The notes under the pieces were generated by a model that saw only the letters and a program-made list of their open reading frames with translations, did not search any database and had not been told where the DNA came from. The translations under genes were made by a program, and so were the position numbers. DNA of 64,000 nt from Deltaproteobacteria bacterium (GTDB lineage: Bacteria; Myxococcota; Kuafuiibacteriia; Kuafuiibacteriales; Kuafuiibacteriaceae). Positions 1 through 8,238 of this stretch are shown in pieces. Every line of letters begins with the position of its first letter. Position 1 is the first letter of the stretch. The DNA lies in the NCBI GenBank assembly GCA_040218735.1, contig JAVJQW010000019.1, positions 352,001 to 416,000 of the forward strand. Direction: 5' to 3'.

Positions 1-1189
1 TCGTCGAGATCGCCGAGTTCGCGCCCGTCTGCGAGCCGATGTCCACGGACGCCACGTTCGACAGCGTGGACGAGGTCCCCGCGAGGAGCGACGCATCCGC
101 GGCATCGATCGAGAACGACGCCGAAGAGCTCAGCGAGACCGAGCCGCCGACGACGCCGGAGGTGTTGCCACCTTCCGTCAGGGTCGCGGCACCACCGGTC
201 GCCCCGGTGATCGACATCGAATCGTTGCCTGCGGTCGCGTTGGCGAAGGTGTCGATCGCGATGTCGTAGCCTTCTTCCTGAACGAGCGAGATCGTCGAGC
301 CGTTGGACGTCGCGGTGATGCCCGTCGAAGCCGCCTGGCCGTTGATCGCGTCCGCGAGCGACTGCAGGTCGCTGGCCGAAGCCACCGACGCAGAAATCGC
401 CACCGCCGAGCCGTTGCCCGTGAGGTTGAACGAGACGTTGCCGGTCGAGACGGCGCTGAGCGTCGCCGTGGTCCGCGCGTCCGCCTCCACACCCGTCGAC
501 GAGCTGACCGCGTTGACCGCCGCCGCGATGGTGTAGGCGCTATCGTTCGCCGCGATCGCCGCGGTGGTGCCGGAGCCGAGCTCACCCGAAATCACCAGAC
601 CGTTCGCGTCCGCCGCAGCGCCGTTGTTGGTCGAGCCCGCGACGGCCGTCGACATCGTGCCACCGGCGACCGCGTGGTTGCCGAGCGACGTCGAACGGGT
701 GCTCGAGAGCGAGATGGTGAGGTTCTGGTTGGCTTCGGAGCCGATGTGGAACGACTGGCCGCTGAACGTACCGTTCAAGAGATCCTTGCCGTTGAACTGC
801 GTGGTGTTGGCGATTCGATCGAGCTCCGCCTGAAGCTGCACGACCTCCTTCTGCAGGTTCGCCCGGTCCGCGGACGAGTTCGTGTCGTTCGCGGCCTGGA
901 CGGAGAGGTCACGCATGCGCTGCAGGATGTTGGTCGACTCCTGCATCGCGCCTTCCGCCGTCTGCGCCAGGGAGATGGCGTCGTTCGCGTTTCGCGCCGC
1001 CTGGTTGAGGCCGCGGATCTGCGAGTTCATGCGGTTGGCGATCGCGAGACCGGCCGCGTCGTCCTTGGCGCCGTTGATGCGCAGACCGCTGGACAGCCGC
1101 TCCATCGCGGTGCCGAGGGTCTTCTGCGAATTGTTCAACGAGCGCTGCGCCCGAAGCGACATGATGTTGGTGTTGATGGTCATGGCCAT
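1..1189 (-). CDS. fliC: Flagellin (second copy; 3' end runs off the window)
   Basis: Not in the ORF track because it is truncated. Manual translation from the ATG at 1189 gives [84 protein letters not shown], a canonical flagellin N-terminus. A GGAGG RBS lies just upstream. Confidence 0.95.
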   Translation of the reverse strand, partial: MAMTINTNIMSLRAQRSLNNSQKTLGTAMERLSSGLRINGAKDDAAGLAIANRMNSQIRGLNQAARNANDAISLAQTAEGAMQESTNILQRMRDLSVQAANDTNSSADRANLQKEVVQLQAELDRIANTTQFNGKDLLNGTFSGQSFHIGSEANQNLTISLSSTRSTSLGNHAVAGGTMSTAVAGSTNNGAAADANGLVISGELGSGTTAAIAANDSAYTIAAAVNAVSSSTGVEADARTTATLSAVSTGNVSFNLTGNGSAVAISASVASASDLQSLADAINGQAASTGITATSNGSTISLVQEEGYDIAIDTFANATAGNDSMSITGATGGAATLTEGGNTSGVVGGSVSLSSSASFSIDAADASLLAGTSSTLSNVASVDIGSQTGANSAIST

Positions 1190-1481
1190 GGTCGAATTCC
1201 TCCGTGAAGCCACGCCCGACCCGTGAAGACGGATCGGTGCGTCCACTCGTCTGTGAGTGCACGGTCCGCGGCGCCTTCCCACACGTGGGATCGACGCCGC
1301 GTCCGCGGCAGTTTCAAAGGCGGGTGTTCAACTGCTGAACGTCCGCGTGTTCACGGGGGGAGTTCGGGCCGAAGCGCGGAACCGAATAGAGGGTCTCAGC
1401 CGATTCTCAACTGGTGACGCACGCTGCCTCGCGGCGATCCGCGGTGCGCCCCTCGGCGAGACATGTTTCGTGGCTTCTGTA

Positions 1482-1790
1482 TCAGGCCGTTTCGGCGTAG
1501 CAGGACATGGCCTGCGCGGACGCCTTGGATTGGGACAGCTGATCTTCCAGCCGCAGGCGGTCCGTCTTCACGAGGTTTGCGAGCTCGTGGTCGGTGCGAA
1601 GGATCGTGTCGATGCCTTCGGCGATCGTGGAGGCGATGTCGGTGACGGTGTAGTCCGCGAAGAACTTCTCGAGGCGGACGTGACGCTCGTGATGCTGCTC
1701 AGCGACCTCGACCCAGCGACCCTGCCGAGCCATCTCGAGCATGTTCGACGACTGCTCGAGGATCGAGTCCCAATCGGCGGAGCGCGTCAC
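1482..1790 (-). CDS. fliT: FliT-like flagellar chaperone
   Basis: 102-aa helical protein (LEMARQGRWVEVAEQHHERHVRLEKFF...ILRTDHEL...AMSCY). Its GTG start overlaps the fliD stop (GTGA). Size, position and motif fit FliT. Confidence 0.7.
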   Translation of the reverse strand: MTRSADWDSILEQSSNMLEMARQGRWVEVAEQHHERHVRLEKFFADYTVTDIASTIAEGIDTILRTDHELANLVKTDRLRLEDQLSQSKASAQAMSCYAETA

Positions 1791-3199
1791 CGGTTGCTCC
1801 TCCGCGTGAAGCCGGGGAGGTTCGCGAGCTGCTGCCCGAGGTACTCGCTGGTGGTGGAGAGCTGGGCGACGAGCTCGTCCATCGCGAAGAACTGGGCGCG
1901 GGTGCGTGCCTCGAACGCCTCGAGGCGGAGCTCGAGGCGCTCCCGCTGCTCGCCGACGCGGTCGATCCGCGACTCGAGGCCGTCGACGCGCGCGTCGAGC
2001 AGCCCGTTGGTCTCGACGTAGGGCTCGACCGCCGCGGAGAGCCGCGAAGCGTAGCCCTCGGCCGAGGCGAAGATGTCGCCGATCGCGTCGGGGTCGGCGG
2101 CGAAGGCGGCGTCGATCGTCCCGCTGTCGAGCGAGAGCTTGCCGAACTCATCGCGCGTGACGCCGATGTCGGCGAGCGTGCGGTAGGTGAGCGTCGTGTC
2201 CGACAACCCCGTCGCGAACTCGTTACGGATGCGGCTCGCGATGCTGCGGAGCGTCGCGTCGCCGAGGAGGGGGCCGCCCGAGCCCGAAGCGGCGTCGTAC
2301 CGGCCGAGGTCGGTGAAGGTCTCTTGGAGGCTGTTGTACGCTTTGACGAACGAGTTCACGCGCGAGATGACGGCGGCCTTGTTGTAGGTCACGGCGACGG
2401 TCTCGGTGGTGCCGACTTGGGCCTCCTTGAGCGTGAGCGTGACGCCGGTGATCGCGCCGGAGATCGTGTTCGTCGCGCTGGTGATGTCCTGATTGAAGAC
2501 GCGCACGAGCGCGTCCTCGGCCGGGACGAGCTCGACCATGTTGTCGGTCACGCCGTCGTAGCTGAGCTGCGAGAGTCCGGCGTTGTCGGTGTCGACCCCG
2601 TCGGTGTCGGCCACGGAGACGGAGATGGCGTTGGAGAGGCCGGTGTCGCTCGAGGAGAGCACGAGGCGCGAGACCGTGCCGCCGACGCCGTCGTCGACGT
2701 TGATGATCGTGGCGCTGACGCCGGTGTTGTCGGTGGCGTCGTTGATGGCGTCGCGAATGCCGGCGAGGGTGCTGTTGGTCGAGTCGATGTCGACGTCGAA
2801 GCTCGCGGAACCCATGCTGACGGTGAGCGTGCCTTCGCCGACGACGGTGGTCTCGGCCGCGAAGTCCTGCGAACGGACGCGGTGTGCGGCCGCGAGGCGA
2901 ACGACCTCGACGTCGTAGGAGCCGGGGGTCGCGGTGTCGTCCGCGGACGCCGTGATGACGTCTGCGTTGGTGGTGGTCGTGGTCCTCAGTCGGAAGTCGT
3001 CGATGTCGTCGAGGTTGCCGACGGCGGTCGAGAACTCGGAGAGGGCTGATTTCAGCGAGCCGATCGCGGAGATCTCCGCCGTGTAGGCGGCTTCGCGCTG
3101 GTTGAGACGAAACGACGCCGTCGCCCCCTCGGCCTGCACCAGTTGGGAGACCAGGCTGTTGATGTCGAGTCCCGATCCGATTCCCGGAGAAGTCAGCAT
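1787..3199 (-). CDS. fliD: Flagellar filament cap protein FliD
   Basis: N-terminal GIGSGLDINSLVSQLV, internal TLAGIRDAIN and GPLLGDATLRSI, C-terminal RAQFFAMDELVAQL. Lies downstream of flagellin. Confidence 0.95.
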   Translation of the reverse strand: MLTSPGIGSGLDINSLVSQLVQAEGATASFRLNQREAAYTAEISAIGSLKSALSEFSTAVGNLDDIDDFRLRTTTTTNADVITASADDTATPGSYDVEVVRLAAAHRVRSQDFAAETTVVGEGTLTVSMGSASFDVDIDSTNSTLAGIRDAINDATDNTGVSATIINVDDGVGGTVSRLVLSSSDTGLSNAISVSVADTDGVDTDNAGLSQLSYDGVTDNMVELVPAEDALVRVFNQDITSATNTISGAITGVTLTLKEAQVGTTETVAVTYNKAAVISRVNSFVKAYNSLQETFTDLGRYDAASGSGGPLLGDATLRSIASRIRNEFATGLSDTTLTYRTLADIGVTRDEFGKLSLDSGTIDAAFAADPDAIGDIFASAEGYASRLSAAVEPYVETNGLLDARVDGLESRIDRVGEQRERLELRLEAFEARTRAQFFAMDELVAQLSTTSEYLGQQLANLPGFTRRSNR

Positions 3200-3247
3200 G
3201 TCCTCAGCTCACTCGGTCAACTTCATCTGCGCATGAGCGCGTGTGCG

Positions 3248-3298
3248 AAAAAGAAACGGGATCGCCCCCGGAGCTCCCTCGGATCCCCGAGGGCGATC
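3248..3298 (-). terminator. Probable intrinsic terminator after flagellin
   Basis: Minus-strand stem GATCGCCCTCGG...CCGGGGGCGATC followed by CCGTTTCTTTTT, just after the flagellin stop codon. Confidence 0.7.
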
Positions 3299-3311
3299 TT
3301 CAGACCGCGTC

Positions 3312-4766
3312 TTAGCCCTGCAGCAGCTGGAGCGCCGCCTGCGGCAGCTGATTGGCCTGAGCCATCATCGCCGTGCCGGCCTGCTGGAGGATCTGAGCCT
3401 TGGTCAACGCCGCCGTTTCCGCGGCGAAATCAGCGTCGACGATTCGCGACTTCGCGGCCGTGAGATTCTCGGCCACGTTGGTCAAGTTGCTGATCGTCGA
3501 TTCCAGACGGTTCTGGATCGCACCCAGGTCTGCGCGTGTGTCGTCCACGAAGGTGAGCGCCGCGTCGATCGTGTCGAGGGCCGAGTTCGCCAGCGTTGCC
3601 GAGGCGATCGAGACCGAGGACACGCTCGTGAGCGAGCTCGAGTTGGCCGCGCCGATCGACGCGTCGATCGCGTCGATCGAGAACGCCGAGGACGACTGGT
3701 ACGTCACCGCACCGCCGACCACGCCGCTGACGTTGCCACCTTCCGTGAGGGTCGCCGCGGCGCCGCTCGCACCGGTGAGGTCCATCGAATCATTGCCCGC
3801 CGTCGCGTTCGCGAAGCCGGTGATTGCGATGTCGTAGCCTTCCCCGTTGATGAGCTCGACGCTGTTCCCGTTCGACACGGCCGTGATGCCGGTCGTTGCG
3901 GCCTGCGCGTTGATCGCCGAAGCGAGCCCCTGCAGGTCGTTGACCGAAGCCACGTTCGCGCTGATCGCGACCGGAGAACCCGCGTTCGCACCGGCCAGGT
4001 TGAACGAGACCGTGCCCGCCGCCGAGAGGTTGTCGAGCGTCGCGACCGTGCGCGCGCTCGCCGAAACTCCGGTCTGGTTGGTCACGGCGTTCACCGCCGA
4101 CGCGATCGTGAACGCACTGTCGTTCGCCGCGATCGCCGCCGTCGTACCCGAACCGAGAGAACCCGAGATCACCAGCCCGTTCGCGTCCGCCGCCACGCCG
4201 TTGTTCGTGGAGCCCGCCACCGCCGTCGTCATCGTGCCCGACGCCACGGTGTGGTTGCCGATCGCCGTCGTCCGCGTGCTCTGGAGCGACACGGAGACGT
4301 TCTGATTGGCTTGCGCACCGATGTGGAAGGTCATCCCGTTGAACGTGCCGTCCAGGAGGTTGCGCCCGTTGAACTGCGTGGTCGTCGCGATGCGATCGAG
4401 CTCGCTGAGCAACTGGGTCACTTCCTTCTGAAGGTTGGCGCGGTCCGCATCGGAGTTCGTGTCGTTCGCCGCCTGGACGGCGAGGTCACGCATCCGCTGC
4501 AGGATCGTCGTTGCCTCTGACATCGCCCCTTCCGCGGTCTGCGAGAGCGAGATCGCGTCGTTGGCGTTGCGCGCCGCGATGTTGAGGCCGCGGATCTGCG
4601 AACCCATGCGGTTCGCAATCGCGAGCCCGGCCGCGTCGTCCTTCGCGCTGTTGACGCGAAGGCCGGACGACAGCCGCTCCATCGAGGTGCTCAGGGACAT
4701 CTGCGAACCATTGAGCGAACGCTGCGCGCGCAGAGCCGAGATGTTGGTGTTGATCACGAGTGCCAT
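3312..4766 (-). CDS. fliC: Flagellin
   Basis: MALVINTNISALRAQRSL...[22 protein letters not shown] at the N-terminus and RADLGAIQNRLE...SRIVDADFAAETAALTKAQILQQAG...ANQLPQ at the C-terminus. AAGGAGG RBS upstream. Confidence 0.98.
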   Translation of the reverse strand: MALVINTNISALRAQRSLNGSQMSLSTSMERLSSGLRVNSAKDDAAGLAIANRMGSQIRGLNIAARNANDAISLSQTAEGAMSEATTILQRMRDLAVQAANDTNSDADRANLQKEVTQLLSELDRIATTTQFNGRNLLDGTFNGMTFHIGAQANQNVSVSLQSTRTTAIGNHTVASGTMTTAVAGSTNNGVAADANGLVISGSLGSGTTAAIAANDSAFTIASAVNAVTNQTGVSASARTVATLDNLSAAGTVSFNLAGANAGSPVAISANVASVNDLQGLASAINAQAATTGITAVSNGNSVELINGEGYDIAITGFANATAGNDSMDLTGASGAAATLTEGGNVSGVVGGAVTYQSSSAFSIDAIDASIGAANSSSLTSVSSVSIASATLANSALDTIDAALTFVDDTRADLGAIQNRLESTISNLTNVAENLTAAKSRIVDADFAAETAALTKAQILQQAGTAMMAQANQLPQAALQLLQG

Positions 4767-4892
4767 CTGTTTCCTCCTTGGAAACCGAGCCGCCCTCGCG
4801 GACGGCCTCTTCTTCTCGTCCGTGAGTCGAAGTCAGTGTCGCTCGTACCCTGCGGCGTACTGCCGTGAGCCGGTCGCGTCGTTTCACTGGTC

Positions 4893-4919
4893 CAATCGGA
4901 GGCGGGAGGATCAGGTTGA
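4893..4919 (-). promoter_or_regulatory. Putative sigma28 (FliA) promoter of flagellin
   Basis: Minus strand reads TCAA-N15-TCCGATTG; the consensus is TAAA-N15-GCCGATAA. It lies about 125 bp upstream of the flagellin start. Confidence 0.6.
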
Positions 4920-5220
4920 GGCGTTCCTTGCGGATCAGCTTGGGCCAGTGGTTCGTGCTGAGACGCCCGACGTGGCGAGGGATGGAACGTGCTGGGCTGA
5001 GGCGGATCAGGTTGGGCCAAGGTCCCCCGGTCCGGGTCCCGGTTCCGGTCCCGGTCCCGCTTCGGCGCTCCAGGCGCGCGGAGGAGGTGGGCTGGCCTCA
5101 GCCTGTGCGGCGACCGCCGTTCTCCTCCGCGCTCGATCGCGCGTGAGAAACGCGTGCGGGGGATGCTTGCTCGGTGGGGTTCGCCCTAGAACCTCGTAGG
5201 GGACAGCGGCCGCCCCCGAT

Positions 5221-6000
5221 CTCGCCGGAGCGCGAGGAGCCAGGACCATCGTCGGCGAGCGCGTCGGCCCGGGACCGGACCGGGCATCTCGCCGAACCGC
5301 GAGGAGCCAGGACCATCGTCGGCGATTGCGTCGGACCGGTCATCTCGCCGAACCGCGAGGCGTCAGGACCATCGTCGGGCGATTGTTGTCGGCCCGGGCC
5401 CCGGGACCGAGGCCCGGCATACCGCCGGAGAGCGAGGCGTCAGGACCATCGTCGGGCGATTGCGGTCGGCCCGGGCCCCGGGACCGAGGCCCGGCGTCCC
5501 GCCGGAGAGCGAGGAGCCAGGGACCATCGTCGGCGACTGCGGTCGGCCCGGGTCCGGGACCCGGCGTCTCGCCGGAGCGCGAGGAGCCAGGACCATCGTC
5601 GGCGAGCGCGGTCGGCCCGGGACCGGGACCGGCGTCCCGCCGGAGCGCGAGGAGCCAGACCATCGTCGGCGCTTGCGGACGGCGCTGGACTTGGACCGGG
5701 ACCGCGCTCGGACTCGGGCGTCTCGCTGGAGCGCGAGGGCGTCAGCGATTTCGTCGGCCCGAGACCGGGGGCCTCGCCGGAGCGCGCGGAGCCAGGACCG
5801 TCGTCGGCGATTGCGGTCGGCCCGGGACCCGGACCTGGACCGCGCTCGGACTCGGGCGTCTCGCTGGAGCGCGAGGCGTCAGCGATTGCGTCGGTCCGAG
5901 ACCGGGGGCCTCGCCGGAGCGCGCGGAGCCAGGATTATTGTCGGCGATTGCGGTCGGCCCGGGACCCGGACCGGGACCGGGACCGGGCGTCTCGCGGAGC
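5221..6000. repeat. Degenerate non-coding tandem repeat array (11 units plus a partial unit)
   Basis: Core CTCGCCGGAGCGCGAGGAGCCAGGACCATCGTCGGCGATTGCGGTCGG with starts near 5221, 5288, 5344, 5421, 5498, 5568, 5636, 5722, 5773, 5860, 5910 and 5991. Periods are 50-87 bp and mostly not multiples of 3. Confidence 0.9.
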
Positions 6001-6010
6001 TCGACGAGGG

Positions 6011-6565
6011 CTAGAACGGGATGTCGGAGTCGTCGAGCGGGGGCGGATCGTCGTTGCGGCCGCCACCGCCGCCGCCGCCGCCGCGGTCGTAGTCGCCGCC
6101 GCCGCCGCCGCCGCCGTAGCCACCACCGCCGCCGCCGCCGTAGCCGCCGCCGCCACCGCCGCCGCGGTCGTAGCCACCGCCACCACCGCCGCCGCCGCCG
6201 CCGTAGCCGCCGCCTCCGCCGCCGCCGCCTTCACCGCGGCCGCCGAGGAACTGGACGCGATCGGCGTTGATCTCGGTGGTCCACCGCTTGTTGCCGTCTC
6301 GGTCCTCCCACTCGCGCGTCTGGATGCGGCCTTCGATGTACACCGACCGACCTTTGCGCAGGTACTCGCCGCACGTCTCGGCCTGACGACCCCAGACGAC
6401 GATGCGGTGCCATTCGGTCTTCTCCTGGCGCTCGCCGCTCTTGTCGTTCCAGACCTCCGTCGTCGCGATGCGGAAGTTCGCGACCGCCGTGCTGCTGGCC
6501 GTATAACGCACCTCGGGATCAGCCCCGAGGTTTCCAATCAACATTACCTTGTTCAAGCTGGCCAT
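6011..6565 (-). CDS. ssb: Single-stranded DNA-binding protein
   Basis: [24 protein letters not shown] fold, Gly-rich linker and acidic tip DDSDIPF. Start moved to the ATG at 6565, which has a GGAGG RBS. Confidence 0.98.
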   Translation of the reverse strand: MASLNKVMLIGNLGADPEVRYTASSTAVANFRIATTEVWNDKSGERQEKTEWHRIVVWGRQAETCGEYLRKGRSVYIEGRIQTREWEDRDGNKRWTTEINADRVQFLGGRGEGGGGGGGGYGGGGGGGGGGYDRGGGGGGGYGGGGGGGYGGGGGGGDYDRGGGGGGGGRNDDPPPLDDSDIPF

Positions 6566-6713
6566 GAGCCCTCCAAAAAGCGGCGCCTGATTCGCTTCTT
6601 GCTCGCGCCGCCGAACGCGAGTTGTGTTCCGTCGGATCGGGCGAGTCAAACCCGAACGCTTCGAAAATCGTTCGCGTTGTGTTCCGCGCGCGCGCCGCCC
6701 ATGCTCGCCGCCC

Positions 6714-7964
6714 GTGTCCTCGCGCCGCGACCGTCGCCGTCTCCTCCGCGCGCTCGCGCGCCTCGAGCGCACCGTGTTCCTCGACGACGGCGAAGTGCCC
6801 CCACGGCGCGAAGTCGTCGACCGACACCGCGCCCAAGTCGACGACGTCGAGCTACAAGAACGCACCGCCGCACTCCTCGCGCTCGTCGATGATCCCGCGG
6901 GGGATCGGCGCGTTGCCTACCGGGATCGCTACGGCGTCGCCGGCGTTCGTCGCTTCACGAGCGACGCCGGCGATCGCATCTATCAAATGCGCGCCGAGAC
7001 GTTCCCCGGGCACGTGAACTGGGTCTACTTCGTCGCGGGTCAGACGCCGTCCGGCGAGGACATCGCGCTCCTGTGGGACGTCGGCTCCGGCGTCGAGAGC
7101 ACCAACGACGAGATCGAAGAGGACCTCGAAGTCGTACACCGCGTCTTCGAAGAGAAGAACGCGACACTCGACCGACTCACGCAGCTCGTCATCAGCCACG
7201 CGCACATCGATCACTTCGGCGGCGCTGTGCACTTCACCGAGCGCGCACCGCAGGCCCCGCTCGCCGTGCACGAGCTCGACGCGCGCGTCCTCGAGAACTT
7301 CGAGGAGCGCCTCGTCGTCGCGTCGAAGGACCTCGGCGTCTACATGAAACGCAGCGGCCTGCCGCGCGAGAAGATCGACGAGCTCGAAGCGATGCACCGC
7401 CTCAGCAAGGAGCTGTTCCGTTCGGTGCGCGTCGACCGACGACTCCGCCACGGGCAACGCGTCGCCGAGCGCTACGAAGTCATCCACACGCCCGGCCACT
7501 GCCCGGGGCACATCTGCCTGCGCGTCGGCGACCACCTCCTCGTCGGGGATCAGGTGCTCGATCCGATCACGCCGAACATCCCGCCGCAGTCGATCACCCC
7601 GTTCACCGGCCTCGAGAACTACATCAACGGGCTGGTGCGATTGCGAAAGGTCGAAGGCATCACCGTGGCGCTCCCCGCGCACGCGGAGGTCATCACGGAT
7701 CTGGGCGCACGCATCGACGCGATCCTCGACCATCACCGCGCTCGCCTCGACGCAGCGCTCGCCGGCGCGGAAGCACCGGCGACGGTGGCCCAGATCGCGG
7801 AGGTGCTCTACGGCCAGCGCGAGGGGTACGACGTGTTGCTCGCGATCCTCGAGGCGGGCGCGCACGTGGAGTACTTGAACGAGATGGGGCGGTTGAGGAT
7901 CGCGAACCTCGACGAGGTCCAGGCGGAGCGGGATCCGGTGATGAGGTACGAGGCCTCATCGTAG
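6714..7964 (+). CDS. Metallo-beta-lactamase fold hydrolase
   Basis: [10 protein letters not shown] (HxHxDH), [16 protein letters not shown] and PAH motifs, plus a C-terminal wHTH-like tail. Start uncertain (in-frame GTG at 6714). Confidence 0.85.
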   Translation: MSSRRDRRRLLRALARLERTVFLDDGEVPPRREVVDRHRAQVDDVELQERTAALLALVDDPAGDRRVAYRDRYGVAGVRRFTSDAGDRIYQMRAETFPGHVNWVYFVAGQTPSGEDIALLWDVGSGVESTNDEIEEDLEVVHRVFEEKNATLDRLTQLVISHAHIDHFGGAVHFTERAPQAPLAVHELDARVLENFEERLVVASKDLGVYMKRSGLPREKIDELEAMHRLSKELFRSVRVDRRLRHGQRVAERYEVIHTPGHCPGHICLRVGDHLLVGDQVLDPITPNIPPQSITPFTGLENYINGLVRLRKVEGITVALPAHAEVITDLGARIDAILDHHRARLDAALAGAEAPATVAQIAEVLYGQREGYDVLLAILEAGAHVEYLNEMGRLRIANLDEVQAERDPVMRYEASS

Positions 7965-7974
7965 GCACCAGGAA

Positions 7975-8211
7975 CCCTTGAACTTGAACTTGAACTTGCC
8001 CTTGCCCTCCGGAGCGATGCGGTCGCGCCGAGGGAAGGGAAGGTTGGACGGCGTCGGCTCGAGCGATCTTCTACTGCGTGGAGTCGAATCCTGGCCCTGA
8101 GTCGCGGAAGGGGAGGTTGAACGACTCGGGGTGTCGATCGGCTGTTCTACTGAGTGGATTCGGACGGCCTTGCCCTCAGGGCAAGTTCAAGGGCAAGTTC
8201 AAGTTCAAGGG
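7975..8211. repeat. Small element with inverted hexamer-run termini and two internal ~79-bp direct repeats
   Basis: Left end CCCTTGAACTTGAACTTGAACTTGCCCTTGCCCT; right end AGGGCAAGTTCAAGGGCAAGTTCAAGTTCAAGGG. Internal copies start near 8022 and 8101. Lies between convergent genes. Confidence 0.8.
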
Positions 8212-8238
8212 TGATGTCGTCGCTCGCTTCGCTCGCGA

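Noticed and set aside
1231-1316. Sigma28 promoter for the second flagellin
   Set aside because: Two weak candidates (CTCAC-N14-ACCGATCC and TGAAA-N16-GTCGATCC) have poor -35 matches or spacing, so neither was called.
5221-6000. CRISPR array
   Set aside because: The inter-repeat segments are related GGGACC-rich sequences rather than unique spacers, the repeats are highly degenerate, and no cas genes are present in the window.
5174-6892. Long plus-strand ORFs (572 aa, 314 aa) across the repeat array and ssb
   Set aside because: These are products of GC-rich repeats and the antisense of ssb. Repeat units shift frame, so the array is not under coding constraint.
8070-8100. tRNA T-arm-like GTCGAATCC
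   Set aside because: No cloverleaf stems can be formed; the sequence is part of the small repeat element.
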